In this document: positions 18,620 to 40,259 of the stretch, in pieces | Layout: each line of letters starts with the position of its first letter | Position numbering within the stretch: position 1 is the first letter of the stretch | Origin: the human T2T-CHM13v2.0 reference genome, Homo sapiens | Strand: one strand, 5' to 3' | Length of the DNA stretch: 64,000 nt | Assembly (NCBI RefSeq): GCF_009914755.1 | Contig: NC_060928.1 | Position numbers and translations under genes: made by a program | The notes under the pieces: model-generated | What the model saw: only the letters and a program-made list of their open reading frames with translations | Databases searched by the model: none | What the model was told of the DNA's origin: nothing

Positions 18620-18810
18620 CTCAGTAACCATCATAGCTAACATTTATAAGGTGCCAATCTTTATTCAAAGCACTTAAACTTTATTAACTCATTTAACTTC
18701 ACAACAACCCTATAAGGTAGGTACTATTATTATTATTCTCATTTTACAGAAGAGGAAATTAAACAGAGAAAAGCTAGGTAATTTGCCCAAGGTTTCACAG
18801 CTGGTATAAC
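18620..18810 (-). mobile_element. MIR
   Basis: cacaacaaccctataaggtaggtactattatt...cattttacagaagaggaaa...ttgcccaagg..cacagctggta is the MIR core. Confidence 0.8.
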
Positions 18811-20461
18811 GATGTCTTCATATCATTATATGAAGTCACGTTGTTGTTTGTTCTGATCTACAATGCAAGAGCCAGAGACTTTTGTTTTGTTTTGTTTTGT
18901 CTTTTTTTATTTATTCTGGAGACCCAGAGACTTTGATTCACTCATTGTTGAATTGTTGCTGAACATTCACAATGTCTTAAAGGCCAGACTTCAGTCACTC
19001 CATTTGGAAGCTCCAGTTGGGGCATTTAGAGGCTGAAGGATAAAATGTGAACTCATCTTGTGTCTGAAGCTGAGGAAAGCCCATAGTTACTCATTACCAC
19101 AATCTGGATCTGTCTGATGCTACTGCCAAGCATAAACAGGGCAGATGCACACTCAGGATGAAGTCACCTTACCACATACACAGGCAAAACATTCAAATAT
19201 CCACAGGTCTCACCAGCAAAGGAGTCTGTCTAGTCACCTGGTTTCTCTCAGCTCTCAGGAAGAATGCATGGAATGATAAAAGATTGGTCCTGATCTCTGC
19301 TAATGCTTTACTCAGCCACTGGAACTGACACAATTTTTTACTCTATGTCTACATCTCTAGTCTATAATCAAATACAAGAGCATAAAAAATTAATAGCTCT
19401 TCTTCCTCCATTTTAATACTAGGCTTAAGAATTTTCATTCTCTATGTGATTTGCTACTATAGTATATTAGTAATATTTTAGAACCAGTTTTAGCAAACCA
19501 CTTGTGGCATACTGTGTATGGCTTCAGGTACAGCTGGATCTAGGAGTTCAAATGATGTTTTCAGAATCTGGAGTCTCTCAACTCTGCTTTATCAAGCAGC
19601 CTCTCCCTTCATGTAGGTATGTTCCTCACAACTTCAAGTCCAAAGACAAAATGTGTGCCTCCTTTCCAGTCATTCATATGACAGTCCCAGGACTAGTTCG
19701 GACTGAGTCTGATTGAAATGGCTTGAGTCAAATACTCAACCCTAAATAAATATCTGTGGCCATAGGAATGCTATGCTATGATTGGCAGTCATAGATTACA
19801 GCCGATTCCTGGAACCAAGAGAGTAGAGAAATGATGGTTTTCCAGAGGGAACTCAGGGTTAAGTCCTCAGAAGAACTGGATAGGTACTGGGCTGGGCAAG
19901 CCAAAATAATGGCAGTGGAGCAGAGAGAAGAGAGTAGGCTGGCTCTGTAGTGGTAGAGCATAGCTGCAGAGTGAAGATTTTTTGTTAGTAAATCGCTTCG
20001 TGTACATTTGTTTACCAGAACAAGGGGAACAGCATAGAAGTATTCTATCCTTGTTATGGCCATGATAGACAATATAGGCACTATGGGTCGCCCCCAGTAA
20101 ATTACATTCTTGGAAGCTGACTCTTCTTAGCAGTGTCCCATCCACTCCCTCCCTGTGGACTATTGCTCTTCCCACTAGCCATGAGGTAGGTCCATGTGAC
20201 ATTTTGACATTTCTCAGAATAAACCAAACATTTATATAGGGTGATTTTTTGAACACTTTTTATAATGGAAAGTTCCAAACAAAAGTAGAGAGTATAATAT
20301 ACTCTAATGCATCCATCACCCAGCTTCAACAGTTATAAAACATGGACAGTCTTGTTTTATCCACACCCTCACTCTCTCCCCTCCTCTGATTATTTTGAAG
20401 CACATCCCAAACAACATATAATCTGTAGCTATTTCAGCATGTATCTCTAAAAGATAAGGAC

Positions 20462-20827
20462 TTTATTTTTTAATTTTTGTTTGTTTTTTAGAGACAGAGT
20501 CTCACTCCATCACCCAGGCTGGAGTGCAGTGGCGCAATCTCGGCTCATCACTCCGTCGCCCAGGCTGGAATGCAGTGGCGCAATCTCGGCTCACTACAAC
20601 CTCTGCCTCCCAAGTTCAAGTGATTCTCATGCTTCAGCCTCCTGATCAGCTGGGACTACAGGAGTGCACCACCATGCCCAGCTAATTTTTGTATTTTTTG
20701 GTAGAGACGGAGTTTCACCATGTTGGCCAGGCTGGTCTCAAACTTCTGGCTTCAAGTGATACCCCCCAACCTCGGCCTCCCAAAGTGCTAGAATTACAGG
20801 TGTGAGTCCCCACCACCACATCTGGCC
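20462..20827 (-). mobile_element. Alu with an internal 46-bp tandem duplication
   Basis: Antisense Alu. 20502-20547 is repeated at 20548-20593. Confidence 0.93.
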
Positions 20828-21099
20828 TAGGACTCTGTTTTTTTTTTTAGACAAAGGTATATATCACTGTTTCATCTAAAAACATTTAACAATAATCTCC
20901 CTCCAAACATTGTAATGGGTTGATATGTCTCTAAAGTCTCTTTTAATCTGTAGGTTCCCACTCCATTATTTATTTTACCTTGAAAAAAAATTAACCAAGT
21001 GTTTTGCCCTACAGAACCTGGGTGAATTTTAAGGATACTATCACAGGGCTCTCACTGCAATAGGACAACAGCCAGAGTCTCAAGAGCACACCTACTATA

Positions 21100-21310
21100 G
21101 AAATTAAAATCAAGAATTCTGGAGCCAAATTGCCTGGGTTCATAGCATGGCTCTGCCACTTCTTAGCCACAGGACAACCTCTCTGTGCCTCGGTTTTCTC
21201 ATCTCTAAAATGGGGATGACAATAGTAACTACCTCATTGGGTTGTTTTAAGAATTACATGACTTAATGTATGTCCAATTCTTAGAACAGTGATGCTTAGG
21301 ATATAGTAAA
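21100..21310 (+). mobile_element. MIR
   Basis: tctggagccaaattgcctgggttc...ctctctgtgcctcggttttctcatctctaaaatggggatgacaatagta. Confidence 0.8.
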
Positions 21311-22721
21311 TGATAACATAGATGAGGAAATTGAGAGGCAGGGAAGCTGACTGGTCCAAGGTCCTGCAGCTAAACAATGGCAGGGCAGAGAGCACAGCGC
21401 GGATTCACCCCACTGGTTTAATACTCTGTTTCAAACCATCGATGAATGCAGGCTCTTGTTGACGTGGGCATTACTCTGCCCCTCACCGGGATGTTACTGC
21501 CATTCTGTTGCTAAATCACCAGGATGAGGTTAGGAACCTTCTCCAGGCCTCAGGCTCCTGCTCTGCAAACTGAAGGAACTAGAGGTGTGGTTAAGGTGCC
21601 TGAACCCCCTTTTAGGAGAAATCCCAGCAGAAGATGCCTAAGCAAGCCTTGCAGGAAGTCATCTAGGCCACCTTCAAGTCAGTGCCAACCGCAGAATCTT
21701 TAGATCCCCCAAAAGAGCACCTGTCCCTTTGTGGTGCTTCTGACAGAGAACCCCAAGCAGCCCTAGACCTCCCTCAACCTGACTCAGGGGTGCCCACCAC
21801 TCCCCATCCTCCCTGACACACATAATCCTGGCTGAGGCAGCCCAAATAGCAGCTTCCCCGGATTACTCACCGTGGCTCTGTGAGAAGAATGCCTCTCCCA
21901 GGCAGCGTCCGCAGTTGTGACCACAGATGGGAGACTAGCCTAATTGGACTTACCAGCAGCTCACCTTGGCTTCCTCAAGGCCCAGCAGCAGGACAGGGCC
22001 TTTCTCTGAGCAGAACTTGAATGATAAAAGAAGCAGGTGAAGCTGATCCAGCCTCAGACAGACCTCCAGTGGGCCCTTGAGGGTGTGAGAGGCAGCTCTG
22101 CGGGCCCACCCTAGAACTGCGTGTGGACAGCTAGAAAGCCTAGCCTTTCTGACATTGCTGGCCTAAGAGGTTTCATCTTTAGGGTTTTTTTCCTTCTCAG
22201 GCTGCTAGCTTCCATCTCACTTAATACAGAAGGATGGTCTCAATTTAAGCATCTGAAACAAATTACTTAGCAAAAACCATTTTCGTTGTATCCAAACCCA
22301 GTGTCTTCAGTTTGAGCTCTCTGAAATTCCAAACACATGTTCAAACCACCAGGAAAGAGGGAAAGAGAGACTGAGAAGAGGGGGACTGAAGCAGGGAAGT
22401 CACTATGAGATTCTCCCCAAAATCCCGATGTTCAGCCTCTGGGTGAAGGACATTCCATCCTGAGACGGAGGGATTGCTCTCTTCACCAGCACCTTTCTGA
22501 AGTGTCTGTGTTAGAGGCAGTTCAGTGCTCACACAGCAGCCTGAAATTCTTAGTCCTCCCACACATCTCCAGTCAAGGAGCACTGTCCATGCCCCTTCAT
22601 TGTCCATAAACACCCAAGCTCTTATTTAGAAGCAATTGATTTCTCAAATCTTTTCCTATGTATTTATTCACTAAACCTGTCAAGCAACACATTTAAGCAT
22701 GACAGAGAAAGAATATGGGCA

Positions 22722-23136
22722 TGTGTTAGGATTCCCTAGAGAAACAGAACCAATAGGGTGAGTATATGGAGAGGAGAGGTTTAGTTTAAGGAAGTACCTC
22801 ATGCAGTTACGGAGGCTGGCAAGTCCAAAATCTACAGGGTAGGCCAGGCAGGCTGAAGACTCAGAGAAGAGCCTATACTGCAGTTCCAGTCCAAAAGCTG
22901 TCTGCTGCACAGTTCCCTCTTACTCAGGGAAGCTCAGTCTTTGATTCCATTCCAGCCTTCAGTTGATCAGATGAGGCCCACCCACATTACAGAGGGCCAT
23001 CCGTTTACTCAAAGCCCACTGATTTCAATATAAACCTCATCCCAAAACACCCTCCCAGAAACATCCAGAATAATGTTTGACCAACTATCTGGGTACTAAA
23101 GCCCAGCCAAGTTGGCACATCAAATTAATCATTGCA
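22722..23136 (-). mobile_element. MLT2 (ERVL) LTR
   Basis: tgtgttaggattccctagagaaacagaaccaatagg...ggaggctggcaagtccaaaatct...gcccagccaagttggcacat. Confidence 0.85.
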
Positions 23137-23562
23137 GGGTGTGAGCAGGAGAAAAAAGAAGAGATGAGATTGCCCTGAGCCCAAATCCAGAAAGCAGGGC
23201 ACAACCAAGAGAGCTAAAGACCCCTGGGTAAAGCCACCTCCTGCCCCCAAGTCCTTCCCTGACGCAGACTTGCTGGACAACCAGGTGCGTCAACATGCAG
23301 GTACAGGGGCAGACCCTTCTCCCTTCCCTCCTCCTCCATGCCTTTCACAACTATTTGCTGAGTGTCACTGTGCCAAGCCCTGGGGCTAAAACTAATCAAG
23401 ATTTGGTTCTTCTGTACACTTAAAAGTGGTTAAAATGGTCAATTTTATGTTACGTATATTTTACCACAATTTAAAATAAATTTGAAAAAAAATTAAAAGA
23501 CTCTGTTCTTGCCATCAAGGGTCCCAACGTTCAGAGAGGGAGGGCATACACAAAACACAATT

Positions 23563-24177
23563 TCAGTCTAAGTTCTCACTAACAGCGTTGATAGCAGTTT
23601 CTTGGAAACCACGATTTTAAACGAAATAACTATAAAGAAACCAATTTTACCATAAGCTAATGGATAGAAACAGGAGTTAAGATTCTACCGCATATTTCTG
23701 GTCATAAAAATACTACCAAACCTTACTACATAAAGTAGTAAACATCAGAGCCAAAACACTTCTAATATTAAACATTGAAATAAATGTGAGCTCTACATAC
23801 ACTTAAGAAAAATTAATAAAAACGAGTAAGTTATTTATTCACCCAATGATTCCAGTTCAGGATTACCGGTGGCCGCAGCCTGTCCTGACAGCTCAGGGTT
23901 CAAGGTGGGAACCAGCCCTGGCCAGGACACCATCCCATTACAGGGCAAGCTCCTTTACACAGCAAGACTCACTCACACTGGGACCACGTGGACACGCCGG
24001 TTCACCTAACCTGCACAGCTGTGGAAAGTGGGAGGAAACCAGAGCACCCAGAGAAGACCCATGCAGACCTGGGGGGAACACTCAGACTCCACACACACAG
24101 CGGCCCGAGCCAGAAATCAACTTTTTTTCCCCCTCATCAACTTTATAACAAAACTTTGTTATTCAAGGGCCTGCTAT
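23563..24177. mobile_element. MER6-like DNA transposon (Tigger group)
   Basis: Ends resemble MER6 (aagttctcactaacagcgttgatag..ttcttggaaac; ttattcaagggcctgct). Confidence 0.7.
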
Positions 24178-24424
24178 TATAGGAGGTCACAGGTGGTAAA
24201 ACAGGGCAAGCCAGAGAATGCAGAGCCCATGTGGGTCAACAGAAACTGTGCCTTACCCACCGGCTCATCTGCTCACCTCGTCCTTTCTCCCCCAACAAAG
24301 CTGCTCTGGACACAAGGCTCCTGGCACACTGCCAACCAGGCCTTCATGCCCAGATGTGGAAATCTCACTTCCCCATTGTTGACATTCCACAGCGCTCGCC
24401 CCTTATCCATCCTTCCACAGACGC

Positions 24425-26047
<1,623 letters not shown>

Positions 26048-27132
26048 AGAATATCATCTTCTAATTAAAATTCCAACTCCCCCACATTCCTTACCCTGAT
26101 CATCTTTTATTTTTTTATAGCACCTATTTTGGAATATTCTAACATATTAACTAACTTACTCATGTGTTGTATTTATTGTTTATTCTTTGTCTCTACCACA
26201 CTAGAATGTTAACTCCACTGGAACAGATATTTTTACCTGTATCCCAAGCCCCTGGAATAGTGTCTGGCAGATAGTGGGCACCCAATAAATAGTTGTTGAA
26301 TGAACTAAGTGATGAGACAGCAAAGTTCAACTCCCTAAGCTACGCTCCCAGGTGCCAGAGGCCCTGCTTCTCTGGGCTCCAAACCTGTTGTGGAGGACAT
26401 CAGGAACTTTCCCCTAAGAAGTTCAACAAAGCCTTCTTAGATTAGTATTCCTTCTGTGACAATATGTCCCACTACATATATTGGAAACTTTTTTTCAAGG
26501 TGACTTAGATACAGACACTGAACAGACAAACCAATGAATAATTCCGTCTTGGTTGACAATTGGTTGGGACAAGTTCACATGCCAAGATGTCACTGAACCA
26601 CAAGATCCTACAGTCACTGACAACTATTTCCTAACATTCTCCCCACAAGGAAGCATTACAGTGTAAGTATTGTTTATAGCAATCCCAGGCTTTGGGTCAT
26701 AAACAGTTGTTCTCTTTTCTTTTTCACAGGAACGTTGATTGTCCTATACCTGTTATCCGGCATTCTGAGTAACACACACATACTGGGATTGATTGTGTGG
26801 GAAGGCCACTTGACGCTATAGGTGCACTACACACGAATCAGGGTAGCTCCTCGGCTGACATCCCCAGTGGCCCAGTCTCTGCTGTCCCCACACTTCCTCT
26901 AGTAATGGACACTTCCCGCCCTCCCCAGGCACAAGACCTAGGCTTGGCCAACCAGAGATCTTCCCTGGGACTTTCCTAAGTGGTGCTGGCAGGAAAGAGC
27001 CTCCTTTCTCACAGGTTGTTAAGAAGAAGGATATAAAACAAAAGAGTCCATTAAAATAAGAACATAAATACACTAATGAATTACTGAGTAAATGAATGAA
27101 TGAATGAATGGATGTTTAAAACAAAGGGAATT

Positions 27133-28984
<1,852 letters not shown>

Positions 28985-29578
28985 TATATTTAATTAGAAG
29001 AAAAAACATAAATTTTGGAATCAGAAAAATCTCAGTTCTGACTCTCAATCTTACCACTTAATGTCTTTCAGTCTTGAGGAAAGAAATGTTAACTCCTCTC
29101 AATACCTCATAATTTCTCATTGTGAGAAAAAGACCTAACACAAACTGGCCTATGTACATGGGCTCTTCCCCTTAACACACTGGATTAACAACTGTGACTC
29201 AAAGCCATTTATAGCCTTCTTGACATTGGGAAACATACACATTAGAGTCTCATTGATCAGTCTGCAACTAAATGATTTGTGGATAATTAAAGTATGTGAC
29301 TAAAAAGATATTTTTACCAAAACTACTGCATTTGAAATAAGCTTTCAGAAATATTTTCATATTTTTAAGGTATGAGGATTTTTGGCAAATGAATCTGATA
29401 ACTTCACAACAGTTTCATTGATTTTACATGTTGGGAAACACTTGGCTCCACTGTATATATAACATACAAAGACATAAGATATGCCGAGACTTAGTTATTC
29501 TATACACTAATAACAAAGAAATGTTGGAATTTTCTGCTGGATAAGAATTTGATAAAATTTTTTTAAATTGTGTTCCTT

Positions 29579-29900
29579 GGCCAGGCGCGGTGGCACACAC
29601 CTGTAATCCCAGCATTTTGGGAGGTCGAGGTGGGCAGATCACCTGAGGTCAGGCATTCGAGACCAGCCTAGCCAAAATGGTGAAATCCCGTCTCTACCAA
29701 AAATACAAAAAAATTAGCTGGGTGTGGTGGCACACCCTCATGCCTCAGCCTCCTGAGTAGCCCTGTAATCCCAGCTACTCGGGAGGCTGAAGCAAGAGAA
29801 TTGCTTGAGCCCAGGAAGCAGAGGTTGCCGTGAGCCAAATGGTGCCACTGCACTCCAGCCTGGGCAACAGAATGACACTCCATCTCAAAAGAAAAAAAAA
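29579..29900 (+). mobile_element. Alu with an internal 25-nt inverted insertion
   Basis: Alu dimer with extra antisense segment at 29737-29761. Confidence 0.93.
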
Positions 29901-30901
29901 TGTATTCCTTTTAAAATTTTGTTCCTTTATTTTATAAACTTCAGAACAACAGATTTGAATGAAAAAATAAGTTATTTTGCTTTTGTTATTTATTTTCATC
30001 AACATTTAAGATGAAAGCTCATTAGCACTCCAAAACAAAAAAGAAAGAGAATCAGAAGAAGTAATAGAAATGTCCATCAGTTAAAAGTTTGGTTAAATAA
30101 ATTACAGTAAATCTATAAAATGAAACACCAGGCAGTGGCTGAAGTGATTATGTGAATCTAATTCTATTGGCATTGTGGTGTATTTACAATGCAGGGGACA
30201 AAGTAGCATATGTGATACTGACCCGTTGATGTAAAATTACAGACTGTGTTTGTCTGCTTCGTTCTCCCATAGCCTTCAGTCCTTCCCCTCTCTTAGCACT
30301 CAAAACGCTTTATTGTTATTCCTGAGTTAATTTTTAATGTCTCCTAAACTATAAGTTCCATGAGAGCAGGAATCTTATCTTTAGCCCCAGCACCTTGACC
30401 AGTGTCTGACACTGAATAAATAAAAGTCAATACAGAATTATTGAATGAATGGGTAGTCTAAGGAACTCAATTTGTCCTGGATGTTTCCTGATTCCTTTTC
30501 AAACTGCTGACAAATCATCCATCTGATTATCTGTTCTGGAAGTTTGCCTAGGACTAACATCAAGCCTGAGGAACTTTCCATTTTCTATCTGTGAGTGTTT
30601 GCATCCTTATTCATTTAGACTTTCAGTTTGCACAGCCTCTCTTGTTAGATTGTCAGTCCTTCAAAGACAGGGACCATGTTTAGTTTGTTCTTTTTTTTTT
30701 TTTTTTTTTTTTTCCATGATACCCAGGAAAATGTTCTGCTTAAAGTGGAGGTCTTTCCAGTGATTAACTGATTTGGCAAGTACAGCCTCCTAAGAGAATA
30801 AATTATCAGTTGGGATTATTATAATTTAATGACAATCACAAACACTCCCTTTCACAGGCCAGGCACTGTGGTTGGAGCTGTATGTCAATTATCTCCTTGA
30901 T

Positions 30902-31336
30902 ATGAAACCAACTAAGTGGCCATCGACCAACGAGTGGATAAAGAAAATGTGGTAGAAATACACCATGGAATACTACTCAGCCATAAAAAAATGAAATAAT
31001 GTCTTTTGCAGCAACTTGGATGGAGCTGGAGGCCATTATTCCAAGTTAAGTAACTCAGGAATGGAAAACCAAATATCGTATGTTCTCACTTATACGTGGG
31101 AGCTGAGCTATGAGGACACAAAGACATACAGAATGATATAATGGACTTTAGAGGCTAGGGGTGGGGGAGGTTGGGAAGGAGGTGAGGGATAAAAGACTAC
31201 ATATTGGGTGCAGTGTACACTGCTCGGGTGACGAGTGCACTAAAATCTCAGAGTTCGCCACCATAGAGTCCATCCATGTAACCCAAAACCACTCGTACCC
31301 CAAAAGATTGAAATTTAAAAAAAATTTTTTTTAAAA
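30902..31336 (+). mobile_element. L1 3' end (L1PB-like) inserted in a MIR
   Basis: gagtggataaagaaaatgtgg...gtacactgctcgggtgacgagtgcactaaaatctcag. TSD ATCTCCTT(G/A)AT at 30891-30901 and 31339-31349. Confidence 0.85.
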
Positions 31337-31999
31337 GCATCTCCTTAATTCACAAATTCCTCTGAGGGTAGTACCACAAGTCCCATTTTACAGGTGAGGC
31401 CCCTGAGGCTTCAGCAAGTCTCAGGGACTCACCACAGTCACTCAGCTAGTAAGAAAAGGAACAAAGACTGGAATTTTACCTGACTCCAAGGTCCATGTTC
31501 TTAATCACCTGTGACAATCCCCTCTCATATATCCAGCAGCTGATGAAGTCTTTCTCTCAGGAAACCAACTGGACATAGACATGTCATGTCCATTTTATAT
31601 GCAATATGGTGAATCAGGAGGAGCCGTGAAAGGACGACTCACTAAGTTACTCTCCCAATGTTTATGTTTGTTTAGACAGTGACCATCATGACCACTAGGG
31701 AAGATCACTTTCTGATTCTGCTGCCCTCACCTCCTGGACAAAAGCAGAGCAGAGAAGCAGCATAAACCCTGGTTGGGGGCCTAAGAATGATCCCCAACTC
31801 TCCACTGCAAACCACCGGGGTCAGGAAGCCTCCGGGTAATGCCCTCTCCCTCTTGTTTCGCTTTTTAAGTAGGTAAGCTGCACAGAGAGAAGCACTGTTG
31901 CATATTTCTGGACAGCTTATTTCTCTTGCAGAGGAAGACTGATATACACAACTAAAAGGCACTAACATGGGAGAAGATTTGAGAGATTAGAAGGATGGT

Positions 32000-32246
32000 G
32001 AAGGTGCGGTTGTCCAAAATCCCCCTCTGGGGGGAGATGATTGATATCTGGCTGTCATTCCAAGAAGCTTCTGGTTGACAAATACTGTCTGGTATTTCCT
32101 TGCTGATTTCTTACCCTCACACCGCAAGCCCTGATCTCTGTGGTCCACTGTGCAAATGCAAATTACCTGAATCAGGCTGCTGGTGACTCACCAGCTCCCC
32201 TTTAAAGCAACATCAGGTTCAACGCAGTGACTGCTCAGTAGAAGCC
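32000..32246 (+). promoter_or_regulatory. ODAPH: ODAPH proximal promoter and 5'UTR
   Basis: TATA-like TTTAAA at 32201-32206. AP-1 TGACTCA at 32184-32190. RUNX motifs TGCGGT 32005, ACCGCA 32121, TGTGGT 32139. Kozak GCCATGG at 32244-32250. Confidence 0.65.
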
Positions 32247-32313
32247 ATGGCTCGCAGACACTGCTTCTCCTACTGGTTACTGGTATGCTGGTTGGTGGTA
32301 ACTGTGGCAGAAG
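32247..32313 (+). CDS. ODAPH: ODAPH coding exon 1 (signal peptide MARRHCFSYWLLVCWLVVTVAE-G)
   Basis: Strong Kozak ATG at 32247, hydrophobic signal peptide, phase-1 donor AAG|gtaagg at 32314. Confidence 0.95.
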
Positions 32314-32704
32314 GTAAGGGTTTTGCTTTTATTCTACTGTGGGTCCACTAATTAATAAGTTGTAGGAAAAGACAAAACTGGCTCCATGATTATACGTTCC
32401 CATAAATTGGAAATATTTACCTCAGCTTCCATCAGCCTGTGTGGTTAAAGAGAAGGAAGTTGGATTTTGTCACCTGAAGACCTTGGTCCTCGTCTCAGCA
32501 ATAGCTCTGTGACTTTAGACACACTTAAAATCTCTGAGTATCAGATTCCTCATATGTGAAGTGACAACATTAACAATATCCATCGTTATGGGGTTTGCAA
32601 GGACCAAATGAGCTATCATCTGTGAAAAACTCTTCAAGCTAAAAACACTGTACAAATACTAGTTATTATGGTTACAAAGCTAACAATTCCACTTTGAATT
32701 ACAG

Positions 32705-32748
32705 CACTGTCCACTTTCTATCTCCAGCAGCATATTAATTTGCACATG
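32705..32748 (+). CDS. ODAPH: Candidate ODAPH 44-nt frameshifting cassette exon
   Basis: ttacAG|cactgt...cacATG|gtgggt. 67+44+420=531 nt gives an uninterrupted 176-aa ORF ending at TAA 40677-40679. Confidence 0.7.
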
Positions 32749-33496
32749 GTGGGTATTTAGTCTTTGTTCATTGCTTTAATTAATCACATCTATTGAGCTG
32801 CATTTTGGTGCCACAGAGGTGGGCACAGGTTTCTTTCTTTAGGATTTTATTAGATTCCATTTCTCAACTGTTCCTATTCTCTTTCTTTGTTCCCACTACA
32901 AAATGTGTCCTGAGCCTTACAATTGGTTTGCAAACCCCTAGGAAAAGGAAAGAAAAGGCTGGGGAAGGGATGAAAAGAGGGAAATACAAGGGGAGGAAAT
33001 CTTGGGGAGCCTAGATCTAACCTTTTCTTCAGTTTATTTTAATTCCAAAACTAGATGCTGTTTACGGAAGATGGACCTAGGAGTCAAACAGAGCACTTCA
33101 CCCCTTTCACATGTCTTGGGTAGGGGGCTTTGCAGGGGCTCAGCCAAACCCTGCTCATCCCCAGACAGATTCCCCGTTCCCATCCCTCAGAGCTCACAAT
33201 AGACAGGAGGAGGGGAGAGACATAAGAGCTGGTTGTGGAACACTCAGAAACCCCCTGATCCAACCTCTGCACACACTCTGGCAATCAGGGGACAGGGCAT
33301 AGATTATGAACAAAACCTGCCCCCATATCCCAAGGCAAGGCCCCCAAGCCTCACCTACTAAAAGTGACATCTAAAAGAAGCATCATAAAACAAAACTAGC
33401 CACCTGCCACTTTCTCTGCAAAAAGTGAACCGCTCTTCAGGAGGCTTTGTAAACACATAGCTAAACAAGTTATAATGAGATTAGAGATTTATTTTA

Positions 33497-39471
<5,975 letters not shown>

Positions 39472-39479
39472 AAAATCCG

Positions 39480-40130
39480 CACATCTTAAAGGTAAGGCTT
39501 GATTACATTTTACATATGGGTACATATAAATGTGTGTATGTGTATAAACATATGTATGTACATATATATCTGTTTATATACAAATTATATATGTGTAGGT
39601 ACACCTGTGTGTGTATACATGTAGATATATAGATAACCATATCTATGTAACAACCACCCAGATCAAGATATGAAACATTTCTAAAGAGTGGTCCCTGGCT
39701 ACACTTTCTGCTAAAAAATACCTATCCTTTCCCTAAGCTGAATTATTATTTTGACTTTTTCTTAACTATAGATTAGTTTTGCTTGTTTTTGAACTTCATA
39801 TAAAGGGAGTCGTACAGTATGTACATTTCTGTGTCTAACTTCTATTGCTCAACATTCATGGGATGTATCCATGTTGTGGGTATTAGTAGTTCTTCCTTTT
39901 TATCGCTGAGTACTATTTCATTGTATGAATATACACAGTTTCTTCATGCATTCTTCTGTTGATGGACACTTAGATTGTTTCCATTTAGGCTATTATGAAT
40001 AAGGCTACTGTGAACACCCCGAACAAGTCTTTTTATAGACATAATCATTCATTTCTCTTGGGTAAATTCCCCACAGTGGCAATGCTGGGTCATCCAGTGT
40101 GTCTGTGTCTCATTTCATTGAACGTTGGCA
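39480..40130 (-). mobile_element. Old L1 (L1ME-like) 3' fragment with a degenerate (TA/TG)n tract
   Basis: atccatgttgt...tcattgtatgaatatacacagtt...ctgttgatggacacttag is an antisense L1 3' region. Confidence 0.75.
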
Positions 40131-40259
40131 GTTCTTTCAAATATACATTGAGATTTCTCTAATTCTCTCTTCCCATCTTTCTCCTCTGCCACCACTCTAA
40201 ACCACTCTTCTGCTTCTGTTACCAGACCTGTTTCCTGACTTGCGTTTTCCTCTCCACAG

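Noticed and set aside
32728-32748. NAGNAG acceptors inside the ODAPH micro-exon
   Set aside because: Either would hit TAA within 3-4 codons with a downstream junction; no support for a product.
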